From positions 32,001 through 96,000 of the forward strand of contig JAZJZK010000005.1 in assembly GCA_040389905.1 (NCBI GenBank): a stretch of DNA of 64,000 nucleotides, written 5' to 3'. The notes beneath the pieces were generated by a model, which had not been told where the DNA came from, made no database searches, and saw only the letters and a list, made by a program, of their open reading frames with translations. Source of the DNA: Gemmatimonadota bacterium (GTDB taxonomy: Bacteria > Gemmatimonadota > Gemmatimonadetes > Gemmatimonadales > Gemmatimonadaceae). Position numbers and translations under genes: made by a program. Positions 39,677-48,770 of the stretch are shown piece by piece (within the stretch, counting starts at the first letter, position 1; each line of letters starts with the position of its first letter).

Positions 39677-40792
39677 TCATGAGTTGGAGCGCGCCACGAC
39701 CTGGCCGTCGCGCACGACGGTCATGGGTCGCGTGATCTCTTCATCGGCATCGATCACGAGCGCGCCGTCCTTCGACAACAGGGTAACGAGCGCCACGACA
39801 TTCTTGCTGAACATCTGGCTCGCGTGGAATGGAACAGTAGCGGCAATGTTCAGCGGGCCGATGACGGTTACGTGCCCGGATTGAATGGTCTCTCCCGCGC
39901 GCGTGACCTCGCAATTACCGCCGGATTCGGCGGCGAGATCGACGATCACCGCGCCCTGCCGCATCGACGCGACCATCTCGGCCGAGATCAGCTTTGGCGC
40001 ATCGCGTCCCGGAATTTGCGCGGTGGTGACCACCATATCGACGTCCGGCAGATGCTTCGCGAGTGCATTCCGCGTGCGCTCCGCATCGTCCGCACTCTGC
40101 GCCTTGGCATAGCCACCCGACGTTTCCGACGCGGCGGCGACGAGCTCCGTGGCCACAAACGTCGCGCCGAGGGATAGCACTTGCTCGCGCGCGGCCGGCC
40201 GCACATCGAACGCGGACACGACGCCGCCAAGGCGCCTCGCTGTGGCGATGGCCTGGAGCCCAGCCACACCGGCGCCGATGACGAACACCTTCGCCGGCGA
40301 CACCGTGCCGGCAGCCGTCGTGAGCATCGGCAGGAATTTCGGCAGCAACGATGCGCCGATCAGCACCGCCTTGTAGCCGGCAACGGTGCTCTGCGACGAC
40401 AGGACATCCATCGACTGCGCACGCGTAATCCGCGGCACCAACTCGAGCGCGAGTGCGAGAATACGGCGATCGGCGAGGAGCTGGAGCAGGGGTCCGTTTC
40501 GGGCCGGCGACAACAGGGACAGAAGCGCCACGCCCTCCGGCATCTCCGCGACCTCCGCCGGACTCGGTGGCTGCACTCGGCAGACCAGCACCGCATCGGC
40601 GTAGATGCTCGCGGCGTCCGCAATCGAAGCGCCTGCGTCGGTGTAAGTGGAATCGGGAAAGCCGGCGCGAACTCCCGCGCCGGCTTGAAGTCGAACTTCG
40701 TGACCGCCTTTCACAAGGCGGCTGACGCTGTCTGGCGTCAGCGCGACCCGGAGCTCGCCGGGTGCCGTTTCGAGAGGAACCGCAATTCGCAT
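39677..40792 (-). CDS. pntAa: NAD(P) transhydrogenase subunit alpha part 1
   Basis: E.RVALTP, PRITRAQSMDVLSSQ, GAGVAGLQAIATA, GGYAK, TTAQIPG, DLAAE.GGNC. Confidence 0.95.
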   Translation of the reverse strand: MRIAVPLETAPGELRVALTPDSVSRLVKGGHEVRLQAGAGVRAGFPDSTYTDAGASIADAASIYADAVLVCRVQPPSPAEVAEMPEGVALLSLLSPARNGPLLQLLADRRILALALELVPRITRAQSMDVLSSQSTVAGYKAVLIGASLLPKFLPMLTTAAGTVSPAKVFVIGAGVAGLQAIATARRLGGVVSAFDVRPAAREQVLSLGATFVATELVAAASETSGGYAKAQSADDAERTRNALAKHLPDVDMVVTTAQIPGRDAPKLISAEMVASMRQGAVIVDLAAESGGNCEVTRAGETIQSGHVTVIGPLNIAATVPFHASQMFSKNVVALVTLLSKDGALVIDADEEITRPMTVVRDGQVVARSNS

Positions 40793-40878
40793 TTAGTAAA
40801 AATCGGCTGCGGCGTGAGGGTTCGCTAGAGGGACAGTCCCGACGAGGTGTCATCCATTCGCGAAGAGATGACGCGTCC

Positions 40879-41074
40879 CTGACGTACGAGGTACCTGGAA
40901 CCTCGTACCCGGACTGGCATCCAACCCCAAAAGAGCCATCGACACGGTTAATGGCATCGACTCAACGCCAAACGCCGTCCTGAAGTCGAGGGCGGCGTTT
41001 TGCGTGAAACACTCTCTGATGGCTCCTTTCGGCCATTATGCCAGTCAGGGTACCAGCTTCCGGGTACCTCGTAC
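40879..41074. mobile_element. MITE/REPIN-like palindromic element, family E (about 60-bp imperfect terminal inverted repeats)
   Basis: CTGACGTACGAGGTACCTGGAACCTCGTACCCGGACTGGCAT...GAGCCATC and GATGGCTC...ATGCCAGTCAGGGTACC...GGTACCTCGTAC; second copy at 58690-58889. Confidence 0.75.
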
Positions 41075-41162
41075 CTTTGTGTCTCCGCGTTTGGATCCAG
41101 ACTTGGTGTCGCCGCAACGTAGATTGCAAGTGCCCGCGTGTATCACTCCTCGAGTGGATCCC

Positions 41163-42857
41163 ATGCTGCCTTGGCTCTCTCGGCGCAGCTTGCTGCTTGC
41201 CCTGTGCGTTGCGACCGCCGCTCCCGCCGGCGCACAGCTTCCGCGTTCGTTCACCGGTCCACGAACGGCGCCCGAAATCACCGCGACCGACCTGATGACG
41301 CGGCTGTACATCTTCGCCGACGACTCGATGATGGGCCGGCAGGTCGGCACGATCTACAACGCCAAGGGGACAGCCTACATCGAGCGCGAAGTGCGGGCGT
41401 TGGGACTCATTCCTGCGGGCGACAGCGGCACGTACTTCCAGAACCTGCCCTTCTTCAGCTTTCATACGGATTCCCTCAGCTCGCTCGTCGTCGGCGGCCA
41501 GCGCCTGGTGCTTGGCACGGACTACCTGCCGGTGGTGAAGGACGAGCGCCGCATTTCACTCGATGGTGTATCGGCGATCTATGGTGGTTCGAGTACCGAC
41601 TCCTCGACCTGGCTCACCGCCGACGAGGCCGCCGGCCGACTCGTGCTCGTAGGAGTTCCGCAGACGACGAGCTCATTTCCTCCGCTGAACCGCGTGCTGC
41701 GCACACGACTCGCGCGCAGCGCGGCCATTCTCATCGCGTCGCTCGACAACATCTCTCCGCGAACCCGGGACGGATTGGGCACGACGGCATCGTTGGTCCG
41801 CGACGACACCATCGCGCCTCCTCCACCCTTCGTCTTCATCACGCGGCGCGTGGCGTCGCTGATGTTCGGCACGCTCGAGAGGCTAACACCGCGGGCGGAG
41901 GGGAAAGCGCTGAGCGGAGTCCTGATCCTCCACCGGTCACAGCTGCCGTCGCGAAACGTGGTCGCAGTGCTGCCGGGGTCCGACCCCGTGCTCCGTGGAC
42001 AATACATCGCGATCGGCGCACACAACGATCACATCGGCTTCAACGAGCACCCGGTTGACCACGATTCGCTCAGGGCCACCAATCGCGTTCTGCGCCCACA
42101 GGGTGACGACAGTCCGCTCGCCGAGAAACCATCCGCACAACAATCCGCCGCCATTCGAAAGACCATCGACAGCTTGCACCGAGCGCATCCCGCCCGGCTC
42201 GACTCCATCTACAACGGCGCGGATGACGACGGCAGCGGCTCGATGAGCGTACTCGAAATCGCGGAAGCATTTGCCACGGCCGGTACCTATCCGAAACGCT
42301 CGCTCCTGTTCGTCTGGCATTCCGGAGAAGAGGAAGGAATGTGGGGCTCGGAATTCTTTACCGATCATCCGTCGGTGCCGCGCGACTCCATCGTGGCGCA
42401 GATCAATGTCGACATGATTGGTCGAGGCGATGCGTCCGACATCACGGGCGAAAGCAAGACGGGTGCGCTCCTGCGGGGTCGATCCGGCTATCTCCAGCTC
42501 ATCGGCGCACGACGGCAATCGAGCGAGCTCGGCAGCATGTTGGAAGCCGTGAATGCGAGGGGAAAGCCTCCACTCACCTTCGACTACGAGATGGATGCCA
42601 ATGGCCACCCGCAGAACATTTACTGTCGCAGCGACCACTACGAGTATGCACGGTATGGCATACCCATCGTCTTTCTGACCACCGGTGGTCACGCGGACTA
42701 CCACCAGGTCACGGACGAGCCGCAATACATCAACTATGGACACATGACGCAGGTCGCACAGTTCATCCACGCGTCCGTAGCCGAGCTCGCAAACCTCGAT
42801 CACCGGCTGGTGCTCGACAAGCCGAAGCCCGATCCCAAGGGTCGCTGCAGCCAGTAG
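41163..42857 (+). CDS. Secreted M28 family peptidase with PA-like insert
   Basis: Signal peptide; ADDSMMGR, GAHNDH, NGADDDGSG, GEEEG..GS, NVDMIGR, RSDH, H.DYHQVTDE. Confidence 0.92.
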   Translation: MLPWLSRRSLLLALCVATAAPAGAQLPRSFTGPRTAPEITATDLMTRLYIFADDSMMGRQVGTIYNAKGTAYIEREVRALGLIPAGDSGTYFQNLPFFSFHTDSLSSLVVGGQRLVLGTDYLPVVKDERRISLDGVSAIYGGSSTDSSTWLTADEAAGRLVLVGVPQTTSSFPPLNRVLRTRLARSAAILIASLDNISPRTRDGLGTTASLVRDDTIAPPPPFVFITRRVASLMFGTLERLTPRAEGKALSGVLILHRSQLPSRNVVAVLPGSDPVLRGQYIAIGAHNDHIGFNEHPVDHDSLRATNRVLRPQGDDSPLAEKPSAQQSAAIRKTIDSLHRAHPARLDSIYNGADDDGSGSMSVLEIAEAFATAGTYPKRSLLFVWHSGEEEGMWGSEFFTDHPSVPRDSIVAQINVDMIGRGDASDITGESKTGALLRGRSGYLQLIGARRQSSELGSMLEAVNARGKPPLTFDYEMDANGHPQNIYCRSDHYEYARYGIPIVFLTTGGHADYHQVTDEPQYINYGHMTQVAQFIHASVAELANLDHRLVLDKPKPDPKGRCSQ

Positions 42858-42888
42858 CCGATGGCCGTCACTGAGGCATATTCCATCC

Positions 42889-43326
42889 ATGCGACTGCGC
42901 TTCGTTCCACTCGCCCTGTTGCTCGGCTGCGCGGCCATCGGTAAGGGCTCGAGTGCGCCGGCGACCTTCGTCCGGTCCACCGCCGAATCACAGGTCACGC
43001 GAGTCATCGACGTGCGGGATGGCCTCACGCACACGCAGGCCATGCGAGTGCTCGCTGACGCGCTCGGCGTGCGGTACACCGTGGAAGTCACCGATAGCCG
43101 CGCGGGGTTCGTGATGACGACGTGGCAGGCCAGCCTGGTGCGCGACGGCGTTCCTGATCTGCGCTATCGCACGCGCCTGACCGCTCGATTCGTCGACGAC
43201 TGGCGCAAGTTACAGCTCAAGCACGAAGCCAATTGGCGCCGCGGCGAGGAATGGGACGTCGGCTATGACGCCGCGCAACTCGACAGCGCCGCCGCAGATC
43301 TCAAGGCAAAGCTGGGCAAACGGTAG
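42889..43326 (+). CDS. Hypothetical lipoprotein
   Basis: MRLRFVPLALLLGC lipobox; fills the gap between the flanking genes. Confidence 0.7.
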   Translation: MRLRFVPLALLLGCAAIGKGSSAPATFVRSTAESQVTRVIDVRDGLTHTQAMRVLADALGVRYTVEVTDSRAGFVMTTWQASLVRDGVPDLRYRTRLTARFVDDWRKLQLKHEANWRRGEEWDVGYDAAQLDSAAADLKAKLGKR

Positions 43327-43329
43327 CAC

Positions 43330-43370
43330 TGTCACCCCGAGCGAGCGAAGCGAGTCGAGAGGGTCTGCAC
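43330..43370. repeat. REP-like unit, family D (TGTCACCCCGAGCGAGCGAAGCGAGTCGAGAGGGTCTGCAC)
   Basis: Between convergent genes; matches the reverse complement of 56479-56510. Confidence 0.7.
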
Positions 43371-43385
43371 CTCTGCGGTTCTGAT

Positions 43386-45194
43386 CTAACGCAATCCCGT
43401 GATCTGCCACACGCGATTCTTTCGCGCGACGGCTGCATGCTGCTGCGGAAGGTTCACCGTTTGAGACGGATTCGTTCCCTTGCCGGTGATCTGCAATGCG
43501 AGCGAGAACTCGACGTCAGCAGAATCGCGGAGAATGCGCATCGCGCCGTACCGGACCTTCGCCTCGATGCGAGCGGCCCCCGCGAAGTTGCGCTCCCAGC
43601 TTTCCTGCTGCTTCGAGGTCATGCTGGGAAGTGCTGCGCGCAAAACAGCAATGTCTCCGCTCTCGATCGCGCGGGCATAGCGCGCAATCGCGCTACGCAC
43701 CGCACCGGTATCCGCGAACGCGATGCGCGCGATGCTGTCACTCACGCGCTTCTCGGCGCGCTGCGTTGCGAGTCGCGCGCTGTCCACCATCGGGATCGGG
43801 GCGATGCCGCTTGCGCCACCGTCGGTGTCGAGCGGTGCGCCTCCGGATCGAGCTTCGGCGACTGAGGCAGCGAGCACGCTGTCTTTCCGCGTACTTGCCG
43901 TCCGCTCCGAGTCGACGGCGTTCGGTGACTGGATCATCATGAATCCAGCAATGACCGCCGCCACACCCGCAATGCCGAGCACGAAAGGCGTCCGGCGAAC
44001 AGGTGTGGCCGGTGGGACGGCCGTCACCTCCGTTGTCGCTCCGGTCGCCTGGAGGAAGGCCACGGTTGGCGCGCTGCGCGGCGTCGGTCGCGCGAGCTTT
44101 ACTCCTTGTGTCGCCACGGGCATTCGCCGAACGTGCGTACCCGCCAACGCATCTCGCAACTCCGCCGCCGAGCCGTACCGATCGCCAGGCGTCCGCGCGA
44201 GAAGTTTCTCCACGATACCCGCGAGCGTGTCCGGAAGGCTCGAGTCGAGACCGTGGACGTGCGGTGCATCCTCGGACAACCGTCGCGTGATCATGAGCTC
44301 GCGCGTCGGTGCATCGAAGGGCGGGGACGCCGTGAGCATCATGTGAAAAATGCAACCGAGCGCGTACAGGTCGCTCCGTGCATCCACGGGATCGCCGAGC
44401 AGTTGCTCGGGGCTCATGAATTCCGGCGTGCCGATGACCTGGCCGGTTCGCGTGAGCGCGTCGTGCGCTGGTTCCTGCATCGCCTTGGCGATACCGAAGT
44501 CAACGACCTTCGCCACCTCACGTCCACTCGGCGTCCGGGTGAGCAGGATGTTGTCCGGCTTGAGGTCGCGATGCACGATTCCGAGCTCATGGGCCGCTCC
44601 CAACCCATCGGCGATCTGACGTGTGAGCTCAACGGCGCGTTCAATCGCGAGCGGTGCTTCTCTCGCGAGGATTCGCGTCAGCGGTTCTCCCTCGACGTAC
44701 TCCATCACGAGGTACACCACGCCGTCGCTCTCGCCATAGTCGAACACCGCGGCGACGTTCGGGTGGATGATCCGCGCCGCGTTCGACGCCTCGCGCGCAA
44801 AGCGTGCGGCGGACTCGCCGTCATTGATCAGGGCAGGGCTCATCACCTTGATCGCACACTGGCGATTCATCTTCACGTGCTCGCCCAGATACACCCGGCC
44901 CATCCCGCCTTCGCCGATGCGCTTGAGGATGTGGTAGCGATCGGCGAGCACACGATCGATCAGCGTGTCCGACCCTTTCGGTCTGAGCGCCGTTCCGTCG
45001 TTCGGGCAGAAACGGGCCGCCGTCTGGTATTCGGCGCCGCAATGGGGACACATCTTGAGAACGACGACTGCGTGGTCGTCGGCGGGCGTCGGCTGTTGGG
45101 CGAGCAGGCCCGAGCCAAGCCCACTCTCGCGGAGCGCACTGTCCTCGTCAGGAGGGGTGACAGCGGGGGGATCGTCTGGCCGGTCGGCGGACAT
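43386..45194 (-). CDS. Hanks-type Ser/Thr protein kinase with N-terminal zinc ribbon, TM and NTF2-like C-terminal domain
   Basis: CPHC...CPNDG; IGEGGMGRVY, HRDLKPDN, DFGIAK, GTPEFMSPEQ; TM FVLGIAGVAAVIAGFMMI. Start uncertain. Confidence 0.9.
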   Translation of the reverse strand: MSADRPDDPPAVTPPDEDSALRESGLGSGLLAQQPTPADDHAVVVLKMCPHCGAEYQTAARFCPNDGTALRPKGSDTLIDRVLADRYHILKRIGEGGMGRVYLGEHVKMNRQCAIKVMSPALINDGESAARFAREASNAARIIHPNVAAVFDYGESDGVVYLVMEYVEGEPLTRILAREAPLAIERAVELTRQIADGLGAAHELGIVHRDLKPDNILLTRTPSGREVAKVVDFGIAKAMQEPAHDALTRTGQVIGTPEFMSPEQLLGDPVDARSDLYALGCIFHMMLTASPPFDAPTRELMITRRLSEDAPHVHGLDSSLPDTLAGIVEKLLARTPGDRYGSAAELRDALAGTHVRRMPVATQGVKLARPTPRSAPTVAFLQATGATTEVTAVPPATPVRRTPFVLGIAGVAAVIAGFMMIQSPNAVDSERTASTRKDSVLAASVAEARSGGAPLDTDGGASGIAPIPMVDSARLATQRAEKRVSDSIARIAFADTGAVRSAIARYARAIESGDIAVLRAALPSMTSKQQESWERNFAGAARIEAKVRYGAMRILRDSADVEFSLALQITGKGTNPSQTVNLPQQHAAVARKNRVWQITGLR

Positions 45195-45300
45195 CGGTCT
45201 AGAGTACGCGTTCAACCCCGTCCATGGTAAGCCCGGGTGACGATTTCTGCGGTTGATTGGGGCGGGAGGGCGTTCGCGAACTGCGTTGCTCGTGGGGATA

Positions 45301-45530
45301 ACGGATTGTACGGAGCTCGGCGGATCGACAGGGATCGCTCCCGTGCGAATTCAAGAACTTGGGCGCCCCGAGCTCGCTTCTGTAAAGCAACTCCGTGCCA
45401 TTCCGTCGCATCCGTTCAATCCGCTCCTCAAGCACTTGATGACTTTTAGGAACGGACTTGACGGATGCAACGGTCACTGCCGGATTTGAAAAGGCTTTGA
45501 TGTTTCCGTAGAATCCGACAAATCGGCTTC
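45301..45530. repeat. Array of ACGGAT/ATCCGT palindromic arms (family A-related)
   Basis: TTCCGTCGCATCCGTTCAATCCGCTCCT...AGGAACGGACTTGACGGATGCAACGG hairpin; 23 nt identical to 46227-46249. Confidence 0.75.
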
Positions 45531-45583
45531 ATCTCCCACGAACAACGCAGTCCCTGAGCGCGTTTCGATCCGAACAATCGCCG

Positions 45584-46018
45584 TCACGGATCCCGCCGAT
45601 CCTGTCGCAGATCCCGACGATCTTGCCGCAAGTCGCGGCGGTCACCATGTGCGTCGGCGCCGTCCTGGCGCACCTCGCGCCGATCGCCACGCAGCTCGTG
45701 TGTGTCGCCGTTGAGCTCGTGCGTGTCGCGACGCATTTCCTTTCGTGCGGCGATCACCTTGGCGCTGTCGCCGGCACTCTTCGCCGAGTGGAGAACACGG
45801 GCGTCGTGGCGGATCTCGTGACGGTCTCCGAGGACGTCGCGCCGGTCGCCGCGCACTTCCCTGACGTCGCCGGTGATTTCGCGCCGGTCGCCGCGCAATT
45901 CCCGCTGGTCGGCGCGGACCTCTCGGCGATCCTGCCGTAGTTCGTGTGACTGCGCGGCGAGCGTCGAAGTGGCGCCGAGGGCGAGCGCAGATCCGAGCAA
46001 GAGCGATTTGATGAACAT
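45584..46018 (-). CDS. Secreted highly charged heptad-repeat protein (DRRE/DLR repeats)
   Basis: RBS AGGAGAG, signal peptide MFIKSLLLGSALALGATSTLAAQ, then repeated (E/D)(L/V)R(Q/G)DRR heptads. Confidence 0.82.
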   Translation of the reverse strand: MFIKSLLLGSALALGATSTLAAQSHELRQDRREVRADQRELRGDRREITGDVREVRGDRRDVLGDRHEIRHDARVLHSAKSAGDSAKVIAARKEMRRDTHELNGDTHELRGDRREVRQDGADAHGDRRDLRQDRRDLRQDRRDP

Positions 46019-46215
46019 GTTGGTCTCTCCTGTGCGAGTTTCTTTGTCGAGTTGCTGGACTCCGACGCGGGGCCCTCGCGCCGTCACAGTGGAGACGATA
46101 CTGAGCGATGATTGTTAAGTCGTTGCGGGCACAGCAGATGCGTTGTGATCTACGTCACGGATTGTGCTGATGAAAGGCGGAGCGAAACTGCGTTACCCGC
46201 AGTTTTTGAAAAGGA

Positions 46216-46315
46216 AATCCGGTTGTTTCCGTCGCATCCGTTCAATCCGTTCCTCGAGCTATCGGAGCTTACTTTTCGGAACGGATTCAACGGATGCACC
46301 TGAAACAGCCGGATT
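46216..46315. repeat. 100-bp palindromic element (family A-related)
   Basis: AATCCGGTTGTTTCCGTCGCATCCGTTCAATCCGTTCC ... GGAACGGATTCAACGGATGCACCTGAAACAGCCGGATT. Confidence 0.8.
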
Positions 46316-46400
46316 AGAAAACCTTGAAGGTTCAGTTCAAAAGAGTGGGCTCCGAACAACACTTTCAAACGCAGTGCAAGGACGCAGGATCCGGTAATTC

Positions 46401-47309
46401 CTAGATGGTGCCTGCGCGTCGAACGGCGATATCCCGAGAAATCGTCAAACGCAGCGGACTCCCCTCTGGGAGGCACGCATCCGAACTCTGGCCGCGCTTC
46501 GCTGCCACAGTACCCGCCGCCGCGCCTGCCGCCGCGCCGATCACGGTCGCCTTGGTGCTCTTGCCCAGGATTCGGCCCAGCAGCGCGCCCGCGACGGCGC
46601 CACCGATCACCTTGTTGCGGTCGTTCCCTGACGACGTCTGCACCCCTTCCAGCCGCCCGAGATTCGCGACGTCGCCGGACACGGGCTGTGCTTCGCCATT
46701 CACGTCGATCGACCGCACGCGAAACACAATCTGACTCTGTTCGATCGGATCGGCCTTGTCGATCGACGCGACCTCGAGCACGACGGTGGCGCCGGCTGGT
46801 ATCGAAGCGCCGTTCGAGCCTGTCGTACCGCTCGTGACCGTGGCGCTGAATTTATCGCCGGGCAGCAGGTTCGCCGTGCACACCTTTGTGTTCGTCGACA
46901 TTCCGACGCGTGAGCCCGCGCCGATGATTCCCGGCGCAGGAGCGGCGGGCGCCGGCGCGGGGGTTGGCTCCGGTGTCACCGCCACAGGTTGCGGCGGCGA
47001 CGGGTCAGGCGACCGCCTCACCGGCGCGGGCGGCGACTCTCGGCGCGGGCTCGGCCGCGGCGTGGGCGCTTTGGCGCGGGGCGGCTCGGGTTTCGGTGTC
47101 GGCGCCGCGTTGGTGCGACTAGCCGGCGCAGGCGCACCCAGTGGTGCGTCGTTGAAGACCGTAGGAGTCACGGCGTTCCGTTGCGCCATCGCGAGATCCT
47201 GCGCAAGCGAAGAGTCCGTGGGCGCGGGCGCCTTGTCTCGGCACGCGCTTGCCAGCGCGATGAGGGCAAGTCCGACGACGGCGCGAGAGTGAGATCTGAT
47301 GCGGTCCAT
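46401..47309 (-). CDS. Pro-rich lipoprotein with C-terminal glycine zipper
   Basis: LASAC lipobox, Pro-rich linker, GGAVAGALLGRILG..TKATVIGAAAGAAAG. The real start is ATG 47309. Confidence 0.8.
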   Translation of the reverse strand: MDRIRSHSRAVVGLALIALASACRDKAPAPTDSSLAQDLAMAQRNAVTPTVFNDAPLGAPAPASRTNAAPTPKPEPPRAKAPTPRPSPRRESPPAPVRRSPDPSPPQPVAVTPEPTPAPAPAAPAPGIIGAGSRVGMSTNTKVCTANLLPGDKFSATVTSGTTGSNGASIPAGATVVLEVASIDKADPIEQSQIVFRVRSIDVNGEAQPVSGDVANLGRLEGVQTSSGNDRNKVIGGAVAGALLGRILGKSTKATVIGAAAGAAAGTVAAKRGQSSDACLPEGSPLRLTISRDIAVRRAGTI

Positions 47310-47386
47310 GGCAGTAATCCCGAGCGAGCAAGTGTGAGACCGATGACTCGTCCCACCATTGTATACACATCTCCAACCGAGAAGTT

Positions 47387-48064
47387 CTAGGCCATTGCTC
47401 GCAGCGCCGCGGGGAACAGGTCGGTCTGCGGCAGCGACGGTTCGAGGCGGTGTCTCACGCGCGCGGCAATCTGTTCGATGCCGAGCGGATCGGCTACGAG
47501 GTCGTAGTCGCGCACGTCGAGGCTGAGAACCGGACATCCCCGAAACGACGTGATCCACCGCTCGTAGCGCGCGTGGAGGGCGACCCAATAGTTCTCGGCC
47601 GTGTCCTTTTCCTTCGGGCGTCCGCGCGTGCGAATTCGCTCGACGATCGTTGGGAGCGGCGCATGCAGATACACCATCAGCTTGGGTGGACGGGCGGCCG
47701 GTGAGTGCAAGAGCTCCACGTACAGGCGGCGATAGAGTTGCCATTCGAGTGCGGACATGAGCCCCTCCTCGAAGTGGCCACGGGCGAAGATCTCGGCGTC
47801 CTCGTACCACGTGCGGTCGAGAATCCAGCTGCCACCGGCCCCGCGCATGCGACGCATGCTTTCGAATCGAGTGGCCAGGAAGTGGAGCTGGAGCTGCAGT
47901 GCGTGCGCGCGCATCGCCTCGTCACTGCCCGCGTAGAACTTCTCGAGCCATGGGTTTTCGTCGTCCACGCTTTCGAGCGCGTGTTGAAGCCCGAAACGAG
48001 CCGCGAGGGCCCGCGTCAACGTGCTCTTTCCAGAACCCACCATTCCCGCGATGCCGATCAGCAT
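47387..48064 (-). CDS. Deoxynucleoside kinase family protein
   Basis: GMVGSGKST, ENPWLEKFY, LQL.FLA.RF, DRTWYED..IF, RI..RGR..E. Confidence 0.9.
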   Translation of the reverse strand: MLIGIAGMVGSGKSTLTRALAARFGLQHALESVDDENPWLEKFYAGSDEAMRAHALQLQLHFLATRFESMRRMRGAGGSWILDRTWYEDAEIFARGHFEEGLMSALEWQLYRRLYVELLHSPAARPPKLMVYLHAPLPTIVERIRTRGRPKEKDTAENYWVALHARYERWITSFRGCPVLSLDVRDYDLVADPLGIEQIAARVRHRLEPSLPQTDLFPAALRAMA

Positions 48065-48137
48065 CGGGAAAAACTAGCGGCGCGTTCCCAAAATAGTCAT
48101 AGCAGGCGCTGTTTTCGGTGACTCGGCAATAGCACGT

Positions 48138-48272
48138 GACGTAGAGGTCGCAGAGAACGCAAAGGAACAACAAAACAACACGAATGAACCACAGAGGACA
48201 CGGAGGACACGGAGCACAACGTGCGTGTTTCTCTGTGACCTCTGTGTCCTCTGTGGTTCATTTGTTGTTGTT
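48138..48272. repeat. Palindromic element, family B (CACAGAGGA nonamer arms)
   Basis: AACAACACGAATGAACCACAGAGGACACGGAGGACACGGAG (48174-48214) pairs with CTCTGTGACCTCTGTGTCCTCTGTGGTTCATTTGTTGTTGTT (48231-48272); a degenerate third arm lies upstream. Confidence 0.85.
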
Positions 48273-48286
48273 CCCCAGTCGTCCGT

Positions 48287-48742
48287 TCAACCGATCGTCA
48301 GGAGATCCGTTGCGGGATTGTACGCCGTCGTGTACGTCGGCAGGTTGATCGCCGACCCACCGCCGTCGGGCTGCCGGGTTACGTGGCCATTGTTGTCGTA
48401 CCGCGAACCGTGACAGGGACAGTTGAAGATGCTGCCCTGGATGTCCACCTCGCAGCCCTGGTGCGTGCAGACCGTCGAGATCGCGGCAAACGTCGGGGGC
48501 GTCTGGGCGGTTCGCTTGAGCGCGATCAGCCCGACCGACGTTGGGAGCTTCACGAGTTGCCCAACCGTCGCGAGCGCGGGAAACAAACCCACTTTGATTT
48601 CCAGCGTGTTCGTCGTCGTGGAGAGCGCTGCCGGGCCGAACTGCCCGTCACCGCATCCCGCCGCGAGCGCCGCCGCACCAGCGACGGCGAATCCGCCCTT
48701 TGCCAGAAACTCACGACGGCTCAGACAATCATCACAAGGCAT
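48287..48742 (-). CDS. Tat-exported Rieske [2Fe-2S] lipoprotein (disulfide-type)
   Basis: MPCDDCLSRREFL, LAAGC lipobox, CTHQGC...CPCHGSRY. The real start is ATG 48742; the track ORF is over-extended. Confidence 0.9.
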   Translation of the reverse strand: MPCDDCLSRREFLAKGGFAVAGAAALAAGCGDGQFGPAALSTTTNTLEIKVGLFPALATVGQLVKLPTSVGLIALKRTAQTPPTFAAISTVCTHQGCEVDIQGSIFNCPCHGSRYDNNGHVTRQPDGGGSAINLPTYTTAYNPATDLLTIG

Positions 48743-48770
48743 GATTTCGCAGGTAGGTGGTGACGAACGA

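Noticed and set aside
45301..46315. CRISPR array or integron attC cassette
   Set aside because: No regularly spaced identical repeats with unique spacers and no cas or integrase gene; I found no RYYYAAC/GTTRRRY box arrangement.
47387..48064. Deoxynucleoside kinase as part of a phage or defence island
   Set aside because: No phage, nuclease or defence genes nearby; consistent with ordinary salvage metabolism.
48174..48413. Small ORFs with LCDLCVLC or YEVPGTSYPDWH peptides (47922..48173, 48225..48413, 40762..40983, N-terminus of 58808..59455)
   Set aside because: These are translations of the palindromic DNA repeats, not credible proteins.
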